64,000 nt of DNA from Felis catus (GCF_018350175.1 NC_058368.1:44952001-45016000), one strand, 5' to 3'. Shown: positions 51,734 through 63,768, numbered from the stretch's first letter. The notes: generated by a model not told the origin, from the letters alone. A program made the numbers and translations.

Positions 51734-52566
51734 TTTGCAAAAGATTTTCTTAAGAGAATAAAAAGACAAGCCACATACTGGGAGAAAATGTTTGCAAAAT
51801 ACATATCTAATAAAACCACTACATCCAAAATATACAAGAACTCTCAAAAGTCAACAATAGGAAAAAAGCAATCAAAAAGTAGGCAAAAAATCTGAACAAA
51901 CACCTCACACACTCATACAGAGAGACAGAGAAATACAGATGATAAATAAGTATACAAAAAAAAAAGATGTTCAATATCATGTCATTAGAGAACTTCAAAT
52001 TAAAATAACAATGATATACCACTATACAGATATGAGAATTGCTAAAATTCAAAATACTGACGAGGCTGAATGCTGGCGGAAGATACAAAGCAACAGGTAT
52101 TATCATTCATTGTTGGCAGGAGGGCAAAATAGTGAAGCCATTTTGGAAGACAGTTCAGCAGTTTCTTAAAAAGCTAAACATATTCTAATGTTTATATTCT
52201 TATGTTTATATTCTCACCTTATGATATATAGCAATTGTGCTCCTAGATATTTATTCAAATGTACTGAAAACTTATGTTTACAAAAAAGCCTGCACATTCA
52301 TGTTTATAGCAGCTTTATTCATAATTGCCAAAACCTGGAAACAACCAAGATGCCCTTCAAAATGTAACAGATAAACAGTGCTACATACATCCATAAAATA
52401 AAATACTATTCAGTGATAAAAAATGAGCTATCAAACCACAAAAAGGCATGAAAACCCTTAAAAGCATACTACTCAGGTGAACAAAACCAATCTGAAAATG
52501 ATATATACTATATGGTTCCAGTCTTGAAGAGGGAAAACTGTACAGATTGTAACAAAATCAATTGTT

Positions 52567-52753
52567 GGGGCACCTGGGTGGCTCAGTCAGTTAAGTGTCT
52601 GACTCTTGGTTTCGGCTCAGGTCATAATCTCACAAGTTCATGAGTTCGAGCCTCCCATCAGGCTCTGCTTGGGATTCTCTTTCACTCCCTCTCTCTCTGT
52701 CCCTTCCCCACTCGCACTGTGTCTTTAAAATAAATAAATAAACTTAAAAAAAA
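52567..52753 (+). mobile_element. Can-SINE
   Basis: TSD core caattgttg. Confidence 0.93.
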
Positions 52754-52943
52754 GCAATTGTTGAAGAGTTGGGTAAGGGGAATGAATATGTAGAACACAG
52801 GGGATTTTTAGGGCAGAGAATATTTTGTATGATACAAGAATGGTTGGGTCGATAACTTTAAACATTTTGCAAAATGCATGGAACCATATATCACAGAGTG
52901 TATCCTAATGTAAACAGCAGACTTTAGTTAAAAATAATGTATT

Positions 52944-53162
52944 GGGGTGCCTGGGTGGCGCAGTCGGTTAAGCATCTGACTTCAGCCAGGTCACGATCTC
53001 GTGGTCCGGGAGTTCGAGCCCCGCGTCAGGCTCTGGGCTGATGGCTCAGAGCCTGGAGCCTGTTTCCGATTCTGTGTCTCCCTCTCTCTCTGCCCCTCCC
53101 CCGTTCATGCTCTGTCTCTCTCTGTCCCAAAAATAAATAAAAACGTTGAAAAAAAATTAAAA
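52944..53162 (+). mobile_element. Very young felid Can-SINE, TSD aaaaataatgtatt
   Basis: Near-identical to the 18834 copy. Confidence 0.98.
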
Positions 53163-53596
53163 AAAAATAATGTATTAATATTGGTTTGTCAGTTGTACCA
53201 AATTTACCACCCTGATGCAAGATGTTAATAGTAGGTGAAACTTGGTGAGGTTGGGGTGGGGGCAGTGGGAACTTTATGGGAACTTTCCTTTCTGCTCTAT
53301 TTTCCTATGAACTGCTCTAAAATAGATTCTATTAATTAAAAATTGATATTGAGCTATAAATATTAGGGACTATTTTACAAGAACAAAAAGGTAAGGAAAA
53401 ATAATATCTTATCCAATGGGATAGAAGCCATGCAAAACCTGCATATGTTCCGTGCCCTTTCTGTGATATTTACTGTGTTCCGTTTTGTGTTTTTTTTTTT
53501 CAAAGACTTTCTTCTCATTAAATAAAAGGTCAAGTAGAATTCAGTCCATATTTATTATTCTTTTAAAAATCCTGTACTGGAAAATATTCTATTAAC

Positions 53597-53751
53597 CTGT
53601 TCTTTACAGGTGCCCTTCCAGAGGGCACCCAGCAGAAATCTCTGCATCTGTTCTGCCTGTTCTAAGCTGAGATAGGGAGGATTTAGAGAGCTGGCATAGC
53701 TCAGCTCTCTACGTGTGACTGGCATGCTCTAATGAAGGGAATTAACTCAAT
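53597..53751 (-). pseudogene. Exon remnant, 155 nt (IELIPFIRACQSH..)
   Basis: Strong acceptor TTTTTTTCTCCTTTGCCCAG, donor CAG|GTTAAT. Confidence 0.6.
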
Positions 53752-54094
53752 CTGGGCAAAGGAGAAAAAAACATATTACAAAAGATTCTTAGACCACTTA
53801 AGCACCAGCCAACCATCTTCTTGCTACAACATCCACAGTGAGGAAAGTAGATTCAATTTCATCTGCTTATATTTAAAAGGTCATATTAAATAGGCTCCTC
53901 ATTCACACATATAAAAAAGTATTTGGGATTAGCACATTAATGATGTTCAAAGAGTTATTTAAATACCCCATTAGGTTTTTAATGACAAATTGAATCATAG
54001 AAAACTTTAATTTGTGGAACTTCCAATTTTGTTTCTCCAATTATTAATAAAAATGCAACAAAAAATTTATAAACTCAAAGATATTTGAAGGCCA

Positions 54095-54245
54095 GGGAGC
54101 TTAGTGAATGATATTGGCTTTGCAGTCAGACAAACAGTTTTCTAGAACTGGAAAACCACTAATGAGATCTGGGACCTTGTAAAGGTCAATTAACATTTGA
54201 GAGCCTTAGTCTCCTCGCCTTCTCTTCTATAAAATAAAAATGTGA
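54095..54245 (+). mobile_element. MIR SINE
   Basis: ggctttgcagtcagaca..gaccttgtaaaggtcaattaac. Confidence 0.6.
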
Positions 54246-54560
54246 GTCCAGCTAATGGAGATCACTGTCAGCTTGGCTGTTCTTTTAATATCACCACACC
54301 ATTCAGTGCACTGGTATAAGCATTTTTTTTATTATCAATGCATTTCAACTGAAATTATTTCACTAAAAATAAAATTTTGTAAGCATATAAAGTAAGGAAC
54401 ATAATATGCTTGATTAAATATTTATCAAAAACATGAAATGGGAGTTTGCTGCAATGAATCAGTTTAAACAACCAATTCTCTAAAATAATCTATCTCAAAA
54501 TACACACACTGGTTTTCTCATTAGCTCAAATTATCAGGTCTTCCATTTGACAAGCTTTAC

Positions 54561-54727
54561 AGTTTGATGGCCAGCAGAGGAATGGGATGGTTGTAAGATA
54601 TTCAACCCAAGTAATTAAACACAGAATACTCCAGAGTATTTGACAGAACTACAAGCTAGACAATTATCAACCATGTCATACACCCCACAGTTGACAAAGA
54701 CCCTCCACACCTTCCTAGAATGTAGAC
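54561..54727 (-). pseudogene. Exon remnant, 167 nt (LHSRKVWRVFVNCGVYDMVDNCLAC..)
   Basis: Acceptor CTCTGCCTTGATTCAG, donor ACT|GTAAAG; phase 1 to 0; one stop. Confidence 0.5.
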
Positions 54728-54771
54728 CTGAATCAAGGCAGAGTCAGTAACTTCAGTAAATTTGTTCCATA

Positions 54772-54950
54772 TCAGTGATGTCCAGACCAGGTTGGCCCTG
54801 AGAATCACATATAAGCTTCTTAACAATTCCTGTTCCCAGAGCCCTTACCACATTTACCGAATCAAAATCTCCCAGGATGGGACTTATCAATGGTTACTGT
54901 TCAACGATTCCCAGGTAATTCCCCCTGTCTACTGAAATTCATAGTCCAAG
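54772..54950. mobile_element. MER5-type hAT DNA transposon relic
   Basis: cagtg..agaatcac..gaatcaaaatct..tcccaggtaattc. Confidence 0.6.
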
Positions 54951-55199
54951 GCATATATGCCATGGTAGATACCTAGTTAAGTACCAAGATGCATAATTTT
55001 CTCTGTTTGTGATGCTTATGTAACCTGTGCTATTTCACTTTCTATTTCATCATGTCTAAAAAATTCTCTTTGCTAATGTCCCATCTAATCCAAAACAGGG
55101 ATGCCTTTTATTTTAGTTTCATCAGCATAAGAACAGAGTAATATAATTTAAGACTACTCACATACCTTATAGTCTCAAAATTTTCAAAGGTGGAATAAT

Positions 55200-55660
55200 A
55201 ATAATAGCAGACATCTATATAATGGTTATAATGTGCTGGATATTGTCCTAAATGCTTTAAGACTATTAACTCTTGGGGCTCCTGGGTGGCTCAGTTGGTT
55301 AAGCATCTGACTTCATTTCAGGTCATGATCTCACGGTTTGTGAGTTTGAGCCCCATGTCTGGCTCAGCGCTGACAGCTCAGAGCCTGGAGCCTGTTTTGG
55401 ATTCTGTGTCTCCCTCTCTCTCTGCCTCTACCCCACTCACACTCTGTCTCTCTCTCTCCCAAAAAAATAAACATTTAAAAAAATTTAAAATACTATTAAT
55501 TCTTTACAACAACCCAACAAAGTCGGTAATATTACCCTCATTTTACAAATAAGAAAAAGAGGCTTAGAAAGGCTAAGTAACTTTCCCATGATCACACTTC
55601 TAGGTAAGGGTTAGATCTGAGATTTGAACTCAGGGTACTGAGATCTTAATCTATACGCTA
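55200..55660 (-). mobile_element. MIR interrupted by a plus-strand Can-SINE (55275-55487)
   Basis: MIR core cattttacaaataagaaaaagaggcttagaaagg; SINE TSD about actattaaYtctt. Confidence 0.85.
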
Positions 55661-55684
55661 TATGGTTAATTTAGCTTATTTTAC

Positions 55685-56092
55685 TCTTTTAGAATGTTTT
55701 GAGAATAGTTCCCTAGCAGATCTCCAGTGCAGGTTTATAGCAGGACATGACTGTGTATCCTGATTCAGTCTCTGGTTCAATAGGTGAGAGAAGGGATTTG
55801 TGGAAAGTACTGAGATGTATTTTCCTGTGGCAGTTACTGCCACTAATAAGGCATGGTGTTCATTAGTCAACATGCTGCTTGGTGCAAGAATTTGGCAGAG
55901 TCTGAAAGGATGCTCGTTGGCATGGGTCTCAGACTGCCTTTGTGTGTCTGCTAGTCTGTGTGCCGTCTGATTGGACCAGGGAATGAATCTGAGGTGTGTG
56001 CCAACATGGTTTGGCTCTTATTTCAGACACCTGTCAACACTTGGCAAGGGCTCAGAGGGTGCAGTCGTTAAGTGACCACAGGATCATTTATA
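55685..56092 (-). pseudogene. Large exon remnant (..HLRFIPWSNQTAHRLADTQRQSETHANEHPFRLCQILAPSSMLTNEHHALLVAVTATGKY..)
   Basis: 113 stop-free codons 56017-55679 including ORF 55676..55873; donor AGA|GTAAAA; GC-richer than flanks. Confidence 0.55.
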
Positions 56093-56659
56093 CTTCCCAA
56101 AAGAAAATCATAAATGCAGAAAGAGGTATGAGATAATTAGAGGAAAGAGCTTTAAAATTAAATCTTTTACAATATATTTTTAAAACAAAGTCATTCTGTA
56201 TCTACCAGATAAACCTAGAGCTTAATATTGCCTCCTCACTTTGCTGTATCTCCTTTTCTCACTAGAACATCTGCTCATATTAGTTTTATAAGTATGCTGA
56301 CAGACTAATATATTGGCTAGTCACAATCATATTACAATTTAGTTTTTTTTAATGTTCAAGCATCTTATTTATTTTTGTTATGTGCACATACATATACTCT
56401 TAATTAAAATCGTAAGTGCTCTTTATGTTTAGGATGAGCTATTTTTCCCAGCTTGATTTTCTCTTTTCTTTCTGCTCAATAGTACCTTATGGCAATCCTT
56501 CTAATCAGTACAGTGTAATGCGATTCAGTATTTTGATGTTTGCTTACTATTTCATGGCATGCCTGTGTCATTTATACTTTTGACTGTCTTTCATATTTTT
56601 TTTTATCAAAACTACAAATATACCAGTGCAACAAAAGTATTTTGAGAGGTTAATTTAAA

Positions 56660-56850
56660 ACTGTTTCTAATGAGGGGTGACATTGTTCCCCAGAGGACAC
56701 TGAGCAGTGTTCAGAGACACTTTAGGCTGTCACACTGGAGACAATTTGGTGGAAGCCAGGGATGCTCTAAATATGCTACAATGCGTAGGATAGACCCCAC
56801 TACAATGATCTGGCCAGAATGTCAATTGCATCAAGGTTGAGAAAATCTCA
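56660..56850 (+). mobile_element. MER20 hAT DNA transposon
   Basis: ggggtgacattg..gccagggatgctctaaa..aatgtcaattgcatcaaggttgagaaa. Confidence 0.85.
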
Positions 56851-57285
56851 GTTAAAGAATATATGTACTGTCAATATTTAAAGCCTTCTTCAGAACATTC
56901 CCCAAAGTTGTAACATTTCAAAATTTTCTGCCAAAAACATTAAAGAGTACATTTTGTTACCTGTTTTAAAGTCCCAACCCCAAGCTGTGTGGCAGGTCTT
57001 TAAGGTTTTGTTTTTTTTTTTTGTTTTGTTTTGTTTTTTTGTTTTTTTTTTTTTTTTTTTTGCCAGGTTGGTGGGTGTGAATGAGATTTCTTGTTTTCAT
57101 AAATTATTACCAAGTTTGAACAAAATTCTCATATTTGATCACCACTTTAATTTGCATATTATTATATGCCTATATATTACATGCCCATTCTCCTACAGTT
57201 ACAAGCATCTAAAATGACTTTTACAAATCATTGTTTTAAGTTGCCTTTTAGTTGGATATTTTTGGCCATTAAAAGTTTTAATTTT

Positions 57286-57482
57286 GGGGCACCTGGGTGG
57301 CTCAGTCAGTTAAGCACCCAACTTCAGTTCAGGTTATGATCTCACGGTGGGTTTGAGCCCCGTGTAAGGCTCTATCTTGACAGCTCAGATCCTGGATCCT
57401 GTTTTGGATTCTGTGTCTTTCTCTCTCTCTGCCCCTCCCCTGCTTGCACTCTGTCTCTCTCTCTCTCAAAAATAAACATTAA
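57286..57482 (+). mobile_element. Can-SINE
   Basis: SINE body. Confidence 0.95.
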
Positions 57483-57573
57483 CTTTTTTTGAGTTTTACA
57501 TTTCATTTAGTTAAATATTTCTATCTTCTTACTTTTGAGTTTTGTGCCTTGATACACCATGGTCTACTTGTAA

Positions 57574-57774
57574 TTTTTTTTTTTTTTTTGGGACAGAGAG
57601 AGACAGAGCATGAACGGGGGAGGGGCAGAGAGAGAGGGAGACACAGAATCGGAAACAGGCTCCAGGCTCTGAGCCATCAGCCCAGAGCCCGACGCGGGGC
57701 TCGAACTCACGGACCGCGAGATCGCGACCTGGCTGAAGTCGGATGCTTAACCGACTGCGCCACCCAGGCGCCCC
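57574..57774 (-). mobile_element. Very young felid Can-SINE
   Basis: CpGs retained, pure poly(T). Confidence 0.97.
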
Positions 57775-58462
57775 AATTTTTTTTCTTTTAACAACTATAT
57801 ATAGCACTATAACTCATACCCCAATGTAAAACATAGAACATTTTATTACCCAAAATAGTTCCTTGAAAAAATCATTTTTCCCACTTTTGTGACTTATATA
57901 TTCATTTCCTAATAGTGTCTTTTGTTTAGCAGACATTTTAAGTTTTGATTATATTCAATTTATTACTTTCCTTCTTTTATGTTCAATGCTTTTTGATTCC
58001 TGTTTAAAATATCTTTGCCTACATTTATGTTAAAAAATATGTATACATTTTCCTCTAGAAGATTTATGGTTCTGGTTTCTGCAGTTACACATGTGATCCA
58101 TGTGAAATTAAGTCTTATGTAGAGAATGTGCTAGAAATTGAGGCTTGGTTTGCCCAATAAAAATTTTTATCATTCTAAGCATAAATTATTTAAAAATTTT
58201 ATTTCCCCATTGAATTGACTTGGAAATTTGACTGGATATTGATTGAACATGAATATATGACAGTCTATGTCTTGACTCTCTATTCTGTTCTATTGATCTG
58301 TCAGCTCTATCTATCTTTTACCCCAGTGCTACACTGTCCTGATTACTATAGTTTTATGTTAAGCCTTGAAATTAGGAAGTATAGGCCCTGAATCTGTGCA
58401 TCTTTTTTTAAAATTGTTATGATTATTTTATGTAATCACTTTGCACTTCCACACAGATTTTT

Positions 58463-58694
58463 TATTTTTATTTATTTATTTATTTATTTTTCAACGTTTA
58501 TTTATTTTTGGGACAGAAAGAGACAGAGCATGAACAGGGGAGGGGCAGAGAGAGAGGGAGACACAGAATCAGAAACAGGCTCCAGGCTCTGAGCCATCAG
58601 CCCAGAGCCCGACGCGGGGCTCGAACTCAAGGACCGCGAGATCGTGACCTGGCTGAAGTCGGACGCTTAACCGACTGTGCCACCCAGGCGCCCC
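58463..58694 (-). mobile_element. Very young felid Can-SINE, TSD cacacagattttt
   Basis: Exact flanking duplication. Confidence 0.97.
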
Positions 58695-59274
58695 CACACA
58701 GATTTTTTAAATAGCTTGTCAGTTTTGTCAACAAAGTAGCTGGGGTTTGGATTCCAGTTGCATTAAATCTATAGTTCAGTTTTAGTAGAATGGACATACA
58801 ACAGTAAGTCTTCCAAGCTATAAAAAAAAGGTATGTCTCTCTATTTCCCAGATCTTAACAAACTTCTCTCGAAAGTATGTTTCGTTGTGGGTGACTTTGT
58901 GCACAGCTGTCACTAGATGTGTTCCTAGGTCCTTGATGATTTCTGATGCCATTGTAAATGTATTGTTTTTAACTTCCAGTTTCAGATTGCCAGTACCATG
59001 TAGAAATACAACTGCTTTTAAATTAATTTTGCTTAACCATGATTTGTTCAATGGGTAACTATTCAGCGATTTTGACAGATCATTGTCTCCTTTAATATTA
59101 TTCTTAGGGGTGTCGTATGTTTATGTTATTGTAATGTCATCCAGGACTTCCTTTTCCAGAGATATTGCAAAGTACATATCATAAAAAAATAGTTGTGTAG
59201 AAATCTTAAAAATTATACCCAGTATCCTTTAAAATTCACATCGGAGCCAATACAAAACATAAGGGAGGTTTAGA

Positions 59275-59600
59275 AAAACCAATCTGTCCCAGTTTGCTCA
59301 GGGTTGTCTCAGATTTAAAGTTTTTTTTTTAATGTTTATTTATTTTTGAGACAGAGACAGAGCACGAGCAGGGGAGGGGCAGAGAAAGAGGGAGACACAG
59401 AATCTGAAACAGGTTCCTGGCTCTGTCAGCACAGAGCCCAATGTGGGGCCCAAACCCACGAACTGTGAAATCATGACCTGAGCCAAAGTTGGACACTTAA
59501 CCGACTGAGACACCTAGGCGCCCCTGGGTTGTCTCTGATTTACAGCTCTAAGTCCCATATCCTGGAGAATACTTTAGTTCTGGGTAACTGGCACAATTGG
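59275..59600. mobile_element. MER94-like hAT relic interrupted by a minus-strand Can-SINE (59321-59524)
   Basis: tgtcccagtttgc..aagtcccatatcctgg; SINE TSD gggttgtctcWgattta. Confidence 0.65.
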
Positions 59601-60506
59601 TGTATTAATTCTCTATTGCTATATAGCATATCACCACTAATTAACAGCTTAGAACCATCCACATTTATTACATCCTAGTTTTCTTAGGTCAAGATGGAGG
59701 ACTCATAAGGCTGCAGTCTGGGTGTTATCTTGTCTGATTTTCCATGTACAGGCTCAACTGGAGAAGAATCTGCTTCCAAGCTTATTCTGCAGGCTGACCA
59801 AATTCAGTTCCTTGCTACTTAGAGCCTATCAGAAGATCCATGCCATGTGGATCTCTCTTTTGGTCCCCTTACAACATGGCATCAGACTTCCCCTAAGCAA
59901 GCAAGGAAAAGAGAATCTATACTGTATATGCTGCAAAGTATAGTCGTATCTGTGTCTATATCTATCATCCTTTTTCCTTTGCAATATAATATAACCTAAA
60001 CATAGGAGTTCATTACCATGATTTTTGCCATATGTTAGTTAGAAGCAAGTTACATGCCCCATTCATACTCAAGCAAAGAGACTATAGAGGGTGTGGACAT
60101 GACCTCAAGCAGAGATAAACAGGGTATGGACATGATGACCATTTCCTAAGATCTATCTGTGACAACTCCCCCTCTGACCCCCAATAATGCATGCCCCTCC
60201 CACATACAAAATACAGTTACTCCTCTCCCCAGGTTCTAAAGAGTCAGATCCTGTTACAGTATCAACTCAAAGTCCCCAAATCCCATCATTTAAATTAAGT
60301 CCACAAGCAGATGAGACTCCTGTGTGTAGTTCATTAAGTACAGCTACTAATGCAGAATTCCTCTTCATTTGTGGGACTGTGAAAGTAAAGACAAAATATC
60401 TATCCTAAGAAGTCCCTATATATGATAATGAAACAATCATAAGGTAACAGCTAGGAGGAAAGGGGAAGTACGGAAGAGTCACTGCTCCACAGCTGTTCTG
60501 TAATCT
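59601..60506 (-). mobile_element. MLT1 (MaLR) LTR plus internal fragment
   Basis: tgtattaattctctattgct..cacatttatta LTR end; internal sequence from about 60164. Confidence 0.8.
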
Positions 60507-60538
60507 ATTTCCTGAAACTAGCTGCCTGCTGTTATTAC

Positions 60539-60697
60539 ATCCTGTTTTGCCCTGAACTTTATGACCAGGACTGTTTGTCAACATCTTAGCTTTGCTCATA
60601 TTCTTACGCTAATTCTGTATGTTATCCTTAAGCGTGTGGGTGACAGTGGTTTCGTTATTGAGGTCCACAAGAGTGCACACATCCTCTGCCATAATAC
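60539..60697 (-). pseudogene. Exon remnant (IMAEDVCTLVDLNNETTVTHTLKDNIQN*RKNMSK..)
   Basis: Acceptor TTTGGTGTTTGGAG; candidate donor GAT|GTAATA; one stop. Confidence 0.4.
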
Positions 60698-60765
60698 CTC
60701 CAAACACCAAATGAAATGGACTGGTACTGAAGGCCTAGGTTATTCAAATAACCACAGACACTCAC

Positions 60766-60897
60766 CTTCAAATAGATAAGGAAATAGGGGGGTAAAATCT
60801 AAGTATTTCTAGGCATTACAGTTATCAGAAAACATTCTTTAAAGGAGCACAAATATCTTTCAACTTTTTCTCTTGGTATCTTGAAATATCTCTCCCA
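60766..60897 (-). pseudogene. Exon remnant, 132 nt (WERYFKIPREKVERYLCSFKECFL..)
   Basis: Consensus donor AAG|GTGAGT; long T tract ending ACAA (AG apparently lost); one stop in 44 codons. Confidence 0.55.
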
Positions 60898-60901
<4 letters not shown>

Positions 60902-60933
<32 letters not shown>

Positions 60934-60944
60934 AAAGAAAAAAA
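60902..60944. repeat. Poly(A) run
   Basis: Visible. Confidence 0.95.
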
Positions 60945-61020
60945 TCAGGAAAAATGTTTGACACACAAAATGTATGTGGTGAGGTATAACTTAATTTGTT
61001 AGATTTTAAAGTAATTCTTT

Positions 61021-61237
61021 TTTTTAATATTTTTTAACATTATTTATTTTTGAGACAGAGAGAGACAGAGCATGAATGGGGGGAGGGCCAGAGAGAGAGG
61101 GAGACACAGAATCTGAAGCAGGCTCCAGGCTGTGAGCTGTCAGCACAGAGCCTGATGCGGGGTTCGAACTCATGGACCATGAGATCGTGACCTGAGCAAA
61201 GTCGGATGCTCAACCAACTGAGCCACCCAGGTGCCCC
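61021..61237 (-). mobile_element. Can-SINE, TSD taaagtaattcttt
   Basis: Exact flanking duplication. Confidence 0.96.
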
Positions 61238-61999
61238 TAAAGTAATTCTTTAATTCCAAATTTAAGTTTGTATTAGACATTTGGCTGCTTTGACAGAATA
61301 TTTTATGACTTTATTTTCTCATGATATTTTGAACCAATTATATCATACTCAAACAACTTTGCCACAAATGGACTGATTCATCCCTGGGGAATTAAAGGGT
61401 GGAGTATGAAGGCTAAGTTATAAAAGCTATGTGACAATTGGAACTGAAGTTCATACCGTGAACTGGCATATACATTTTATCAAGATCATATGTATATAAG
61501 GTCAGTGAATATGCTTGAATAATTAAGAAGAATTTCTATAATGACATTATTTGGGGAGAATATGCATATCTGATTGTGGAATTACATCTTTTACTAAAAC
61601 ATGGTAAAAGGCTATGTTTAATTTTACCAATCATGAGAACTAATTTTATTTTAAATTACCAGTAGTTCTTTCTAACATGAGAAAATTGGATTCTTTAAAC
61701 AAGATATTATGTGGAAATGAGCCCTCTTAGGCAAGGCAGATAGGTCATCATAGAGCATCTAGAAATTTGTCTAAGATTTATGTTAAAAAATGTAATGCAA
61801 TTCTCTAAAAGTTTTTGATATAAGATCATATTGACTCAATCATCGCTGACTGGATTGAATTTGGGAAAATGGGGCTGCTTGGAAAAAAGGCAAAAGTTCA
61901 CCTAGTAAAATTATTAGACTCATGTAGACTAAAATATAAAATTCCCATTCTTACATATCAGAAAACTGTTGGGTAGATTGTGCTCAAAAAGTTTAAATT

Positions 62000-62378
62000 A
62001 AGCTACAAGACTCCACATTTCAGTTCTCCATCTAAAGCAGAAGAAACCATTTTACTCTGAGTGTAATTTGACTTCTTTGGAAGAAAACTGGAGACTGTCA
62101 TTTTTACATATAACTTGAATATCTTCCTTAGCTACTTAAGTGAGTTTAACATCCTTTTGATCTCCATCACTCCCTCCTCTGCCTTCTTCATTGGAACACT
62201 TAACTGTCAAACTTTTTTCTACCTGTTTATCCGGTTTTCCTCTCATACTGCTCCAAATAAACAAAATAAAGAATTATACCTGTCTCTCAACTCACTTACA
62301 TGCTGAGTCAGCCAACAGAATTGATAGTAAGAGAAGTGAGAAAGGAGTTGAGTATGTTTCAGTGGCCATGTTCTCCAC
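62000..62378 (-). pseudogene. Exon remnant(s) with RGS-like motifs (LLSILLADSAC; after a frameshift MLNSLK*LRKIFKLYVK)
   Basis: Hand translation; an internal donor CAT|GTAAGT near 62299 makes the boundaries uncertain. Confidence 0.45.
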
Positions 62379-62412
62379 CTAGTCCCCAGTGCTACAAAAA
62401 TAGTATTTTCCT

Positions 62413-62560
62413 GGGGCTCCTAGGTGGCTCAGTTGGTTGGGTATCTGACTTTGGCTCAGGTCATGATCTTGCAGTTTGTGAGTTCGAGCCCTGCATCAGG
62501 CTCTGAGCCTGGAGACTGCTTTGGATTCTCTCTCTCTCTCAAAAATAAATAAACATTTAA
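62413..62560 (+). mobile_element. Internally deleted Can-SINE
   Basis: Head intact, shortened body and CT region. Confidence 0.9.
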
Positions 62561-62600
62561 AAAATTGTATTTTCCTTATTTCAATGCCTATATAACTTAC

Positions 62601-62793
62601 CTTCAAGCTACTGTTTCAAGGACTCTGAGATAGTATTCATAGTCAACCCTAAGAGTGATTAAAAGCCTAATTACTGTTTCAAATAGTAAGCATTGCTTCA
62701 GTCATTGATCTCTTCAACATAATCAATAGTATCAGGATCTAAGTGAAATTTGGGATGGTCCTGGGACTTTAGGACTTCTTATGAGAGAGCTTA
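62601..62793 (-). pseudogene. Exon remnant (..EVLKSQDHPKFHLDPDTIDYVEEIND*..)
   Basis: Acceptor TTATTGCAG, consensus donor AAG|GTAAGT; several stops. Confidence 0.5.
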
Positions 62794-63544
62794 CTGCAAT
62801 AATTTCAAAATATTTTTTTTACAGTGATTGGCAGAATTCTCAAGAGTAAAGCTAAAGATACTTAAGATCTAAGGAAGGGAAAGACTCGTTCTACTTATAT
62901 TCTCAGGATTATTAAGAATTGATGAAGTAATTGTGGGACTCAGTGAAAAATGCAAGTGAAGAAAGTGATTCAACATTATTAGGACTTTTAAGAGGGAGAG
63001 GGCAGGTTATTAAACCAAATGTGGGACCCTCCTAAGCACGGCCCTGAGAGACTAGCAGATCGAGTGCACATTAAGTTGGTTCTACCAGGAATATGGTTAC
63101 GGCTTTTTTTTTTTTTTTTGAGACATCATGCCAAATTTGTAACTTTCTCTTTATGCCAAGTCATTTCTCTCTCTCTTCTTTTTGTTGCCAGCAATGATAT
63201 CCTTTAAAAATGCAATACTATTTTATGCTTATTTTAAGAGAGGCTTTAAGGAGTGTAATTACAACCTGGCTTTCTATCTCTTATTATAGGTTAAGATGAG
63301 TGAAATCTTCTAATAAAAAGACAGTATTAAGATAAAGGGGGGGAAGATAATCAATTGAAGGCTCCTGGAAGGACAGGAAGAATATGTTCTAGATTCCACA
63401 GGTCAAAGCAGACCAATAGGGATTTGGAGCTAGATTACATCCTGTTTCTCATGCTGTGTAAAATGAGCCCCTGATTCCACTGCCATGTAAATTATTGGGG
63501 GAAAAATTCTCTTCTATAATCCTCCAAATAGAAATTTAGTGCCG

Positions 63545-63768
63545 GGGCATCTGGGTGGCTCAGTCGTTAAGCAGCTGACTTCAGCTCAGGTCATGATCTC
63601 ATGGTCCGTGAGTTTGAGCCCTGTCTAGGGCTGTGTGCTGACAACTCGGAGCCTGGAGCCTGCTTCTGATTCTGTGTCTCCCTCTCTCTCTGCCCCTCAC
63701 CTGCTCATGATCTGTCTCAGTCTCTCAAAAATAAATAAAAATTTTAAAATTTTAAAAAAATTAAAAAA
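63545..63768 (+). mobile_element. Can-SINE
   Basis: SINE body, TSD about agaaatttaRtg. Confidence 0.95.

Larger units (their letters stand above)
46410..53342 (+). mobile_element. Long decayed L1MC-like element (5' region, ORF1, endonuclease/RT, 3' UTR) with five nested SINEs
   Basis: ORF 47528..47725 ORF1-like; 49411..49740 endonuclease-like; tttgcagatgac RT motif near 50965. Confidence 0.9.
56350..59150 (-). mobile_element. Ancient L1 (L1ME-like) fragments with nested MER20 and SINEs
   Basis: Antisense ORF2 motifs; ORF 58818..59051 L1-like. Confidence 0.7.
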
